This document shows positions 8,206 to 16,615 of a DNA stretch of 64,000 nt, one piece after another. Source of the DNA: a bacterium (GTDB taxonomy: Bacteria; Patescibacteriota; Minisyncoccia; Phycocordibacterales; UBA2100); NCBI GenBank assembly GCA_030674455.1, contig JAUSGQ010000007.1, positions 83,947 through 147,946 of the forward strand, in the 5' to 3' direction. A model generated the notes under the pieces. It was not told the DNA's origin. It saw nothing but the letters and a program-made list of their open reading frames with translations, and did no database searches. The translations under genes and the position numbers were made by a program. Numbering within the stretch: position 1 is the first letter of the stretch; each line of letters begins with the position of its first letter.

Positions 8206-9681
8206 CTAATTCTTGCCAATCAAAGTTTCCGCTCCTCCGCTTATCGTTGTAACGGAACCGGAAAAGAACGGTTTGATGCTATCCGTATCTGTCGTGCCAT
8301 CTTCGGTAAGAAACACTGAATTTCCGGAGACATCTGTGTTGCCTCCCGGCAATGTATAAATTCCATAGCCATAGTTTTGTCCAACGAGATATATGTATGT
8401 AGCATCGTCTATATCAAACTGAATTGTGCGATTCGAGCCGGTAATACCGATGTCGCCCTGAATATACGCGTCTACGGAATTTCCTTTCCGAATGAGAACT
8501 CCCTCGGGAAACGATGCAGTGTAATCCCTGCCATCCGCCTCCGTTTGATATGACTGTTCGTCAACGACTACTTTGACATTCGATATGTCAGAGTTGCTCG
8601 CAGTGCCGCTCTGCCGCCACGTCAGGGAATATAGCCTCAAATCTTCCGTAGAACCCGCGGTAATGCGAATACCGGAAAATCTAACGGCCGTGTCGTTGAC
8701 ATAGCGAGTCATCGCGTTGTTCGGGTCATATTGCGAAAGAACCGCCGAAGCAGTGCCGATTTGAAGCGAAGAGTTTATGCTTTGAGAAGCGCCGCGTATG
8801 GGCAATTGCCCCTCAACGGGAACCGACGCGTCAATCGTCCTCACTTGAAGAATGGCCACTTCTCCAGAATGTTCCGAAAGGTCCCACGCCATATTTCCGT
8901 CGACAGAGAGCGCCAGAGGTTCCCCGACGCGAACTTCGAGCGGTTTTTTGAATTTAAACACTGCCGTGTGGTCAGAACGGATATACGCGTAACTTAATTC
9001 GTTATCATCTCCATCGACAAGAGACAAGTAATCAAACACCTTGTCACTCGACGGTCCTGTTCTTTGAACAGTTATGCTGTTCACTGTTAAATCCGCGCCC
9101 CTGGCGCTAATCTCGAAACTGGTGAATGGTACGTAGTACGCCTGCTGAGGCGCGATTGTGGAAACCGGCTGTTCTGCGGAGGAGACCACAAGAGCGGCAG
9201 ATTCTGTACTTACAGACGAAGAAGACAAGGCCTGCGCAGAGATTGCCGAAGCAACTTGCGTCATCGGCAGGTTAGTCTGACTAACCGCAGGTGCAACACA
9301 AAGCGCATTCAGCTTCGCGCGAGTTCTAATGCCTACAATGCCGGTACCTTTAAACAAACCTGCCGGAGTCAAGATTTCTGAGGCGAATTTCTCCTGAAAT
9401 TTGATTACCGACGTTTTCGTACGCGGACCGAAGACATTTGATTCATTGCCGGGAGAACCCGCGCTAGTTTCTGCAATCCGAGTTTCCGGGCTGGAATTCA
9501 AAAATCTTTGCAATGCCAGAACATCAACGCCAGTAGAACCAACTTTCAAATTTCTCTCCCAAGCGAAAGGGCATGCCGAAGAAGTATCGGCAAAAGCTGT
9601 TGAGGCAAAAAGAAGGAGAAAGACCGGCAAAATGAGCAACCAACGACCGCGACCGACCCGAGCAAGGGCATTAACATACAT
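8206..9681 (-). CDS. secreted protein with peptidoglycan-binding (PG_binding_1) domain
   Basis: A signal/TM segment (WLLILPVFLLLFASTAFA) and a PG_binding_1-like segment (GSTGVDVLALQRFLN...FGPRTKTSVIKFQEKF) are present. The start is set at an internal ATG (MYVNALARV) because the annotated 5-prime 68 codons overlap the next gene region. Confidence 0.6.
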   Translation of the reverse strand: MYVNALARVGRGRWLLILPVFLLLFASTAFADTSSACPFAWERNLKVGSTGVDVLALQRFLNSSPETRIAETSAGSPGNESNVFGPRTKTSVIKFQEKFASEILTPAGLFKGTGIVGIRTRAKLNALCVAPAVSQTNLPMTQVASAISAQALSSSSVSTESAALVVSSAEQPVSTIAPQQAYYVPFTSFEISARGADLTVNSITVQRTGPSSDKVFDYLSLVDGDDNELSYAYIRSDHTAVFKFKKPLEVRVGEPLALSVDGNMAWDLSEHSGEVAILQVRTIDASVPVEGQLPIRGASQSINSSLQIGTASAVLSQYDPNNAMTRYVNDTAVRFSGIRITAGSTEDLRLYSLTWRQSGTASNSDISNVKVVVDEQSYQTEADGRDYTASFPEGVLIRKGNSVDAYIQGDIGITGSNRTIQFDIDDATYIYLVGQNYGYGIYTLPGGNTDVSGNSVFLTEDGTTDTDSIKPFFSGSVTTISGGAETLIGKN

Positions 9682-9780
9682 ACGATTAGTATAATATGCA
9701 TCAAGCATGGCAAGGGTATGTAACGTGATTTCTGTGCATATCCTGTGGTATATTGACTGTGCACAATAGTGCCGTAATTT

Positions 9781-11106
9781 ATGAGATTTAAGGAGGCCAA
9801 AGGAGCCATAAAGAGATCTAGGTCTATAGAGGATATTAGGCAGGCACGCGAAACAATCAAGGGTCTTGACGATGAACATTATCATCTTCCTTTTGAATTC
9901 CCGGTTGCGAGCGAGTTATTAGACGCCTATCTTGCGCGAAAATCATTGCCGTATAATAAACAGCCAAATGCAAGGATTTATCTTTCTGCGGACGGAAAGG
10001 TTAATTACGACGCGTACACGCTTGGAGAAGTACATGACCCAACTTACGTTTTCGGCATTGCCGATGAGAGCAGGCACGCAGAAGTCAATGGGTTACAGAC
10101 ACCTCAATTTAGCGACGTCGTGGCAAGTGCCCCGATTGAGCAACCATCAATTACAAACATAATTCATGTCAAGAATACCGGATTAGTGGTTTTTAAGGCA
10201 TTTCTTAAAAAGTCGCTTAGCACAATGGCAAGAAGCAAGATTCCCCGGGCCAATGCCTTGTATGACGAGAAAAGGGCCGTCAGCGAGAGTGCACAGCTTG
10301 CACTGTTGGGAGATATTTTTAAGAATAGCGCCGATGTTTATGTTCCGCGAGTACTCGGCCACAGTCGTTCCGTAATCGCGATGGAGTATATCCAGGGAGA
10401 GGACATCTCAGAATTGACTTTCAAAAGATTCCTAAATAAACACGATTTTCTTGCAATTGCTGATGTACTTGCAACGATACACATTGAATTTGCTAGAAAT
10501 GCCGAGAAAATCAAGGGTAAATTCAATATTCCTGAAAGTCACACCGCGAATAGCGTCGTAAGTTTCGAAAAGAGAACGAGTCAGTTTCATCACGAGCATC
10601 GGGATAACGGCTTGAAACAAGAGTTATTTGATAGATTTACATCGTTAATTGAACGCGGGCGTCAAGTCATTGCTGATAATCACGAGGCATACCATGATTA
10701 TCGGGATTTGATTTACGGTGACTTTAAGGATGAAAATCTGATTAAAATGCCAGATGGCAGAATAGCACTGATTGACCCGACTATTTGTGCTGGCAGAAAT
10801 AGTATGGACATAGCAAAATTTGCGCGAAGTATTCTTTTCAAGGACCCAACGACTTACACTAAACACTTCCATGATTTCTTGAGAAGGTATCAGGAGCAGA
10901 CCGATACTGTCGTTAATGAGAGAGAGGTCGCAAATATGCTGGGTATTGACATGCTCAACATCATGCGAAGCTATTTTCTGATACCCGAAAAGCAGGTACT
11001 GGTATTTCCACCTACGGTTCGTAATGTCCGACAACATGCAAAATATTACCTTGATTTTATTGACAATGTGTTTGCAAGCAATCTACAGCTCGAGCTTGCG
11101 CATTAA
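9781..11106 (+). CDS. protein-kinase-like fold phosphotransferase (APH/RIO/Kdo-kinase-like)
   Basis: A hinge-like VIAMEYIQGEDI, the catalytic loop LIYGDFKDENLI (HGDxxxxN-like, with D and N conserved) and the metal-binding RIALIDPT (DFG-equivalent) are present. The first ~180 aa have no recognisable family. The gene is AT-rich relative to its neighbours. Confidence 0.5.
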   Translation: MRFKEAKGAIKRSRSIEDIRQARETIKGLDDEHYHLPFEFPVASELLDAYLARKSLPYNKQPNARIYLSADGKVNYDAYTLGEVHDPTYVFGIADESRHAEVNGLQTPQFSDVVASAPIEQPSITNIIHVKNTGLVVFKAFLKKSLSTMARSKIPRANALYDEKRAVSESAQLALLGDIFKNSADVYVPRVLGHSRSVIAMEYIQGEDISELTFKRFLNKHDFLAIADVLATIHIEFARNAEKIKGKFNIPESHTANSVVSFEKRTSQFHHEHRDNGLKQELFDRFTSLIERGRQVIADNHEAYHDYRDLIYGDFKDENLIKMPDGRIALIDPTICAGRNSMDIAKFARSILFKDPTTYTKHFHDFLRRYQEQTDTVVNEREVANMLGIDMLNIMRSYFLIPEKQVLVFPPTVRNVRQHAKYYLDFIDNVFASNLQLELAH

Positions 11107-11114
11107 TCATACAT

Positions 11115-12545
11115 ATGAAATTGGGGACGTATAAGCTTTCCAATAAAGACTTCTTGCGAAGCTATGGCCCTGAGGATATAGAGAATCTCGATACGTCAAG
11201 CAGATACGATTGTGATGTGCTAGTTTGGAATAACAGATATGATTTTTGCTCGGAAATGCTAGTGAGTTTCCCACGTCTAAAATTATTCATAAATTGGGGA
11301 ACTGATGACGCTAACTTGCCTGATTTAGACATGTTGGCGAAGAGGGTTATGGTCAAGAAAGTTGATTTTTACGCACAACAAAGCCTGTGTGAATATGTTC
11401 TTATGTTGATGGTTGCGTTTGAGCACGCTCAAGAGAAAATCTTTCATGATGATGCAGACAATTTCACTATGCAGATTTATGGCAAAAAGATAGGAATTAT
11501 CGGCTTAGGCAAGATCGGTTTTAACGTGGCAAGCTTTCTTCACAAATCCTTCAATTGCATTATCTATTACAACACTACTAAAGATTACCGTATCCCAGAT
11601 TACCAATACGCGTCTAAGGATGACTTGATAAGAGTCTGCGATTACGTAATTATTGTGGCGAAGTCAAGAACGTGTTCTGTTGACCCAAAAGTCATGGAAC
11701 ACGCAAACCCAGATCTTGTTATTCTTAACATCTCGCGGGACAGCATATTGCCCTTCAAGATAATATGTCCATATCTGCAGAGTGGAAAAATTAGAGGGTT
11801 CATAGGCGATGTTACAAAACTAAACCCAGGCGATGGAGTTGCCAAGAATATCCTTATCTCTCCTCGAATTGGCTATCAAACAAAAGAGGCCGTAGAGTTA
11901 AAGCAAAACATCTTATTGTTCTATTTGAAACAATATATGTTTTGTGAGGCCAATAAGAAATCGTATGTTCATATTGCCCGGCATGGTAAGACAGAATGGA
12001 ACTCTTTAAGAATCTACCAAGGCACATATGATTCGCCGCTAACGCACAATGGCAAAGAGGATGCTGAGAAAATTGCTGAATCTCTTGCAGATAAAAAAAT
12101 CGTTCACGTCTTTACAAGTCCTCTCGGTAGGGCTAAAAGAACCGCGGAAATAATTGTCGATAAACTTAATGTACCAATATCAACAATCCCTTCTTTTATT
12201 GAGATGAATTTTGGCATCTTTCAACAAAAACCTCAAGAGCAAATCAAGGAATTGTTTGATGATTTCTTCACAAATCGAAATAATAATGCGCACTACAAGT
12301 TGTTTGTGCCATATCCATCTGGTGAAAGTTATTTTGACGTATATCAACGAATTCTATTTGACATTATGAGGATATTGGTTACGTATGATAATTTTGCAAT
12401 CGTCGGGCACGAAAGTGTTAACAGGATGATAAGGGGAATAATAACCGGCAAGAATCTAACAGAAATGGTTAACGCTAGACAAAAGAATAATGAACTCATT
12501 GCAATAGAATTATCGGAAAATATTGAAAGTGTGATTGTCGTTTGA
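11115..12545 (+). CDS. fusion protein: D-isomer 2-hydroxyacid dehydrogenase-like NAD-binding domain (catalytic Glu/His apparently substituted) plus histidine phosphatase (phosphoglycerate-mutase-like) domain
   Basis: The N-terminal half has a Rossmann GKKIGIIGLGKIGFNVA and an ILNISRDSIL...GKIRGFIGDV core, but the expected EP/PH catalytic residues read NP/PR. The C-terminal half has the RHG motif (HIARHGKTEWN), SPLGRAKRTAEII and a second His (VGHESVNRMIRG) typical of His_Phos_1. Confidence 0.6.
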   Translation: MKLGTYKLSNKDFLRSYGPEDIENLDTSSRYDCDVLVWNNRYDFCSEMLVSFPRLKLFINWGTDDANLPDLDMLAKRVMVKKVDFYAQQSLCEYVLMLMVAFEHAQEKIFHDDADNFTMQIYGKKIGIIGLGKIGFNVASFLHKSFNCIIYYNTTKDYRIPDYQYASKDDLIRVCDYVIIVAKSRTCSVDPKVMEHANPDLVILNISRDSILPFKIICPYLQSGKIRGFIGDVTKLNPGDGVAKNILISPRIGYQTKEAVELKQNILLFYLKQYMFCEANKKSYVHIARHGKTEWNSLRIYQGTYDSPLTHNGKEDAEKIAESLADKKIVHVFTSPLGRAKRTAEIIVDKLNVPISTIPSFIEMNFGIFQQKPQEQIKELFDDFFTNRNNNAHYKLFVPYPSGESYFDVYQRILFDIMRILVTYDNFAIVGHESVNRMIRGIITGKNLTEMVNARQKNNELIAIELSENIESVIVV

Positions 12546-12576
12546 ACATCTGTTGCTATACCAATGTGCGCGATAA

Positions 12577-13191
12577 ATGATTTCGTCCATGGCATCAATA
12601 ATAACTGAACGAGGAAGAGCAATTCACGGCTGGTTTTTACGCCACAAGGAGCGGATTGGGATTATCGCTATAGGACATACGGCAAAACAGATTGAGGAGT
12701 TTTTCTTAGACTGGCTTTTATACGGATTTGTCGTGTTCAAGAGCGCCGAAATTTGGGGTCCTTATTACGGCGCCTTGGTTGCTTTCGCTGTGATGTCGCC
12801 ATTCTCGGCTTTGCTTTGCTATCTCTACATTCGTTTTTACGACTGGGCAAAAAAAGATTGGCTCGGCTTGGAAACTATCGAGGAGTTTAGGCAATCCGAA
12901 GCAACAGCTGGCCCAATAATGCGATGGGTAATTAAGTTCACTAAACTTGGCGACTTTCCGATGTTCGTTGTGTTATCAATATATGGAGACCCGTTTGTAG
13001 TTACTTTGTATTTCCGGCGCGGAGCGCACTTGTACAACGGCCTTTCAAAACGGGACTGGTCTATTTTTTGGGCAAGCGTAGTGTTCTCCAACGCGTACTG
13101 GACGCTCCAGTGGGGAATTATTGTCGCGCTTTTGCATCCGCTTTGGCAGTATGTATTGCAACCGATTCTCCATTTTGTGGGATTTTTCTAA
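12577..13191 (+). CDS. hypothetical membrane protein (204 aa, ~4 TM)
   Basis: The ORF is hydrophobic. It is co-oriented with, and 31 nt after, the previous gene. No recognisable family. Confidence 0.4.
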   Translation: MISSMASIITERGRAIHGWFLRHKERIGIIAIGHTAKQIEEFFLDWLLYGFVVFKSAEIWGPYYGALVAFAVMSPFSALLCYLYIRFYDWAKKDWLGLETIEEFRQSEATAGPIMRWVIKFTKLGDFPMFVVLSIYGDPFVVTLYFRRGAHLYNGLSKRDWSIFWASVVFSNAYWTLQWGIIVALLHPLWQYVLQPILHFVGFF

Positions 13192-13245
13192 TTCGCGTAA
13201 GTAAGGTTGACAACGTGGTGGAAAACGTCGTATCTCAACTGACGA

Positions 13246-13291
13246 GAAGATTGACTTAAAATATCCGGTCGGATATTTTAAGTCAATCTTC
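13246..13291. promoter_or_regulatory. perfect 22-2-22 palindrome (operator-like) containing an embedded promoter TTGACT-17-TATTTT
   Basis: GAAGATTGACTTAAAATATCCG-GT-CGGATATTTTAAGTCAATCTTC is seen directly. TTGACT lies at 13251-13256, the spacer is 17 nt, and TATTTT lies at 13274-13279, ~45 nt upstream of the MazF-like start. Confidence 0.55.
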
Positions 13292-13325
13292 TAAATTCCA
13301 CTTGAGTTCCCATGCTGGTGCTACA

Positions 13326-13727
13326 ATGGCGCGAATGGGGAAGGAGTTTGACAACTGGAACGAGCGGAAGAAAAAGCTACATAACAGTGAGCGACAGTTA
13401 TTATTTCACGAGCGCGAAATCTGGTGGTGTTCGCTCGGCATCAATATCGGGTTTGAACAAGACGGGACGAATGAACTCTTCGAGCGGCCGGTGTTAATCG
13501 TGAAGAAATTCAATCGGGATGTACTGTGGGCGTTGCCACTCACGCGCTCCGATAAGAAAAACCGATATTATATTCCTATCAGTGTTGGCGGCGCGAATTC
13601 TGCTGTCATACTCTCTCAATTGCGGCTCATCAGTAGCAAGCGTCTCCAAAGGCATATGCACAAGTTGCCACAGGGGCAGTTCAAAGAGATATTGCGTCTC
13701 GTGCAACAGTTTTTCCCGAGCAGGTAA
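13326..13727 (+). CDS. MazF/PemK-family toxin-like endoribonuclease (solitary, no adjacent antitoxin ORF)
   Basis: It aligns motif for motif with MazF/EndoA: [30 protein letters not shown] versus [33 protein letters not shown] versus [26 protein letters not shown] versus ERDSVILLEQIRTIDKQRL. The annotated ORF begins with TTG at 13302. The first ATG is at 13326. Confidence 0.65.
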   Translation: [133 protein letters not shown]

Positions 13728-13732
13728 AATCG

Positions 13733-13761
13733 AAACCCGCCTTGCGGCGGGCTTCTCGGTT
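13733..13761 (+). terminator. putative Rho-independent terminator after the MazF-like gene
   Basis: A GC stem CCCGCC-TTGC-GGCGGG is followed by CTTCTCGGTT, 6 nt after the stop codon. Confidence 0.5.
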
Positions 13762-13815
13762 GGCCTAGTGGCCATTTGTGCTTGCATAATAACAAACCGA
13801 GGAATCCAGTCAAGG

Positions 13816-13845
13816 TTGACAACTGGGTAGAAAACGTCGTATTAT
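13816..13845 (+). promoter_or_regulatory. sigma70-like promoter TTGACA-18-TATTAT upstream of the secreted-protein gene cluster
   Basis: Seen directly. It lies within the second copy of the ~31-bp direct repeat AAGGTTGACAAC..GAAAACGTCGTAT. Confidence 0.5.
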
Positions 13846-13941
13846 ACGGCTACTTCAGCTTCAAATAGTCGTTGGAGGATGCTCTTTTTGTTAGTGAGTG
13901 TTCTTTGACAGGTATCTCAATCGCAATTTTCAGGAGAACTC

Positions 13942-14928
13942 ATGATTTCCCTCAAAGGATTTACCCGTGGCTTCATCGCCACGGTTCTGCTCGCGCTGGC
14001 CGGAGTGAGCGTTGCACAAGCCGGAATCTTTCGGGCACTTTTCAGCGGCTCCCAGGATTCCTTTACCCTGTCGGCCGTACTGCCTGCGTACTGCGGTGGC
14101 AAACGTGTGTATGTCGTCGGTATCACCCGGTCAGGGGAAGCCGCTACGTACGTTGCGTTCACTTCGGTGAACGCACCGGTCGTGTTCGATTTGAACGCGG
14201 CCATTCAGGGACTTGCGGAAATCCCTGAATACACGGCAGCTCGCGCGAGCGACGGGAGTATACCCATCCTCGCGTCTTTCAACGTCACCCCCTACCCCGG
14301 AGGGGAAATCTGGGTCGGCTGCGGAACGTCCACGGTAGACGTTCTCGCAAACTCGAGGTACGGCCGGATTTTGGTTGTGAGCATCTCCTGGTGGCCATCG
14401 CAAAGGTCACCAAACGTTGGGGACACTAGCCAGGGCCCGCAACAAATTCCCAACGATGCGGTGTATGTTGGCGACTGGGGTTGGCAAAGGGCAGTCATAA
14501 ACGGCCTCGTGCCATTCCTAGCCTCAGGAGTGGAACTGACCGGTTATACCACCCGTGCAATTCGATTCGCCTTCTACATTTCCGCCAGCAACACCTCGTG
14601 TATGAAAATGATATATGAGGATGACGGAAGCGCGGTTGGTTTCCCCAATACCAGTGGTGGGGAATGCTTCACCAACAGAATTTCCTGGGCAACAGGTACT
14701 GACGATGGTTATATTGCCTTTTCTCCGGATTTCCAGGGTGGTGTGTGCGCTCATTACACCTGGAACGAGAGCCGATTGACACTCGTCGGACAGAGAATTG
14801 TATGTCCACCTGACTTTCTCCAGATGCACTCTCCAGATACCCTGCCGGCCAGCAGGGTATGTTTTTTATTCACACAAATTGTTGCGCACAATTTGCGTTG
14901 CAAAAGAGATGATATACTTTTTATGTAA
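13942..14928 (+). CDS. hypothetical secreted protein (signal peptide, Cys-containing), GC-rich
   Basis: The N-terminal signal peptide is MISLKGFTRGFIATVLLALAGVSVAQA. An SD AGGAG lies 8 nt upstream. There is a marked GC increase versus the preceding island. No family recognised. Confidence 0.5.
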   Translation: MISLKGFTRGFIATVLLALAGVSVAQAGIFRALFSGSQDSFTLSAVLPAYCGGKRVYVVGITRSGEAATYVAFTSVNAPVVFDLNAAIQGLAEIPEYTAARASDGSIPILASFNVTPYPGGEIWVGCGTSTVDVLANSRYGRILVVSISWWPSQRSPNVGDTSQGPQQIPNDAVYVGDWGWQRAVINGLVPFLASGVELTGYTTRAIRFAFYISASNTSCMKMIYEDDGSAVGFPNTSGGECFTNRISWATGTDDGYIAFSPDFQGGVCAHYTWNESRLTLVGQRIVCPPDFLQMHSPDTLPASRVCFLFTQIVAHNLRCKRDDILFM

Positions 14929-15392
14929 TGAAACTTTCCAAATCTCTGGCCATAGTGTCCGTGGTTGTTCTTGTAAGTCCGGTCGGATTTGTCCATGCCA
15001 AGGTTTACTGCCCGGGTGAGACGGCAATTCTAAATTACAGCATCTCTAATGTAGTAACAGGCGGAAGCTGTGATAGCCAAATTACCCCTCCATTCCTTTC
15101 TCCTTATCCATCACTTCCTAGTGGAGGAATAACAGTCAGTCAGGGAACTGCGCAGGGTTCGGTTTCGTACACTGTTTCGGAAGGCGGAACGTTTTCATTC
15201 AGTTGCACGAACCCGGGCGCAAGCCCAACAACTGGCAGTACTGTACTTGAAGTCAATGCAAACCAAGAGAGATGTTGCGGTAATTGGGACCTATCGAGTA
15301 AATCATCGTGGAATGGAACCACTTGCGTGGACCCTTTTTCTGTCGTGCCGCAAGCTCCGGCTTGGATTGGCGGTTCTTGCAGGAGAATTTGA
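14928..15392 (+). CDS. hypothetical secreted Cys-rich protein
   Basis: It has the signal peptide MKLSKSLAIVSVVVLVSPVGFVHA and multiple Cys residues. The start overlaps the previous stop (ATGA-type coupling). Confidence 0.5.
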   Translation: MKLSKSLAIVSVVVLVSPVGFVHAKVYCPGETAILNYSISNVVTGGSCDSQITPPFLSPYPSLPSGGITVSQGTAQGSVSYTVSEGGTFSFSCTNPGASPTTGSTVLEVNANQERCCGNWDLSSKSSWNGTTCVDPFSVVPQAPAWIGGSCRRI

Positions 15393-15484
15393 ACGGCTGT
15401 TTTCAATAAATAACAGGAAAAACATACGCACAGTAAGCGCCGATAACGCAGTGCTGGCTCTGTAGTTTGCGGTATAATGGCCAT

Positions 15485-15817
15485 ATGCGATTGCGCGCTT
15501 TCTTGATTTTCTTGATTGTAGTCGGGGCCGTGGTTTCTTCGGGACTAGCATGGAAGCGGTTTTATGTTGATAGGAATTACTACATCTACGCGCAAGTGCC
15601 GTGCGACCCTCTTGTAAATTCCTGCTTTATCGGTGAGGGAACGGGCGCGTCTCAGTATTACAAAAAAATACAAAAACTTGCTTACTTGGTTCCGGCCTGC
15701 AATGGATGGAACGAGGCGTGTCCGCCATTGAAATGCGAGCCGAATGAACCGCAATGCAAAGAGACTTATTGCACTCCAGAGGAAGACACGCCTTGTACAT
15801 CTGGCATATTCCAATAA
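15485..15817 (+). CDS. small membrane-anchored Cys-rich protein
   Basis: It has an N-terminal TM/signal anchor (MRLRAFLIFLIVVGAVVSSGLA) and a Cys-rich C-terminus. The ATG lies 6 nt downstream of a TATAAT box (15473-15478). Confidence 0.4.
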   Translation: MRLRAFLIFLIVVGAVVSSGLAWKRFYVDRNYYIYAQVPCDPLVNSCFIGEGTGASQYYKKIQKLAYLVPACNGWNEACPPLKCEPNEPQCKETYCTPEEDTPCTSGIFQ

Positions 15818-15827
15818 TAAAGATTAT

Positions 15828-16613
15828 ATGTCGCCTCACAGAGTTGATGAAGCCGGAAAGATATATACGCCGCTTCAAATTGCCTTAAGCGAGATAGAGG
15901 AGCGCAGGCGAAATCCGGTTCTTGCGGAGAAAATAAAGAAGTTCTTCGGGGATTTTCCTCCTCCGAAAGAATTCGGCGATATGCCGCGCGTGGTTCTGGT
16001 TCGTTACATTATGAGTCCCACATTTGAATACTCTTATTTCCTTGACATGTGTAAAGGACTTCGTTTCAAGCCCTTATTTCTGGAGTTCGCGAGCGATAAA
16101 TTTGTCGCTAAAAATCCGTCGAAATATTCCTTATGTAATATGTCTTTTTTCACCCAAAATATTTCTGGAGAGAAGAAAGTGAAATCCAGAATGAAGCTCG
16201 TTAATTTCAATAAGGATGAGGGGAAGCTACTTTGTGATATTGTCGCGAAAAATGGTGAGAAATTGGTTGACTTGCACCATCGAATATTAAAAGAGTCTGG
16301 AGGCCATGTTCCAGGAAGTCTTGTTGATTTCTCGGAATGGTTCCGCAAAAGCACGACACTATCCAAGGAATATTATTATCTTTATTACTTGGCATTGTTC
16401 CTTGTCAACGGAATTTTGTTCGAGAATTTCCTTCTGAATAAAACGGAGTCTGCTTTTACAAAAGGTAAAGTTATACCGGCCTTTGACAAACTCGTTGAAA
16501 TGTTCGGGGTTCGGCCGCTCATTGTTCACTTGGCACCGCGCGAGACCGACGAGGACCCGTTTTGGGAATATTATGATAAGCGCATCAAGCCAATGGTAGA
16601 GAAAAGCAAATAA
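15828..16613 (+). CDS. hypothetical protein (262 aa)
   Basis: It is an intact ORF, AT-richer than its neighbours, ending 2 nt before the histidine kinase gene. No recognisable domains. Confidence 0.4.
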   Translation: MSPHRVDEAGKIYTPLQIALSEIEERRRNPVLAEKIKKFFGDFPPPKEFGDMPRVVLVRYIMSPTFEYSYFLDMCKGLRFKPLFLEFASDKFVAKNPSKYSLCNMSFFTQNISGEKKVKSRMKLVNFNKDEGKLLCDIVAKNGEKLVDLHHRILKESGGHVPGSLVDFSEWFRKSTTLSKEYYYLYYLALFLVNGILFENFLLNKTESAFTKGKVIPAFDKLVEMFGVRPLIVHLAPRETDEDPFWEYYDKRIKPMVEKSK

Positions 16614-16615
16614 AT

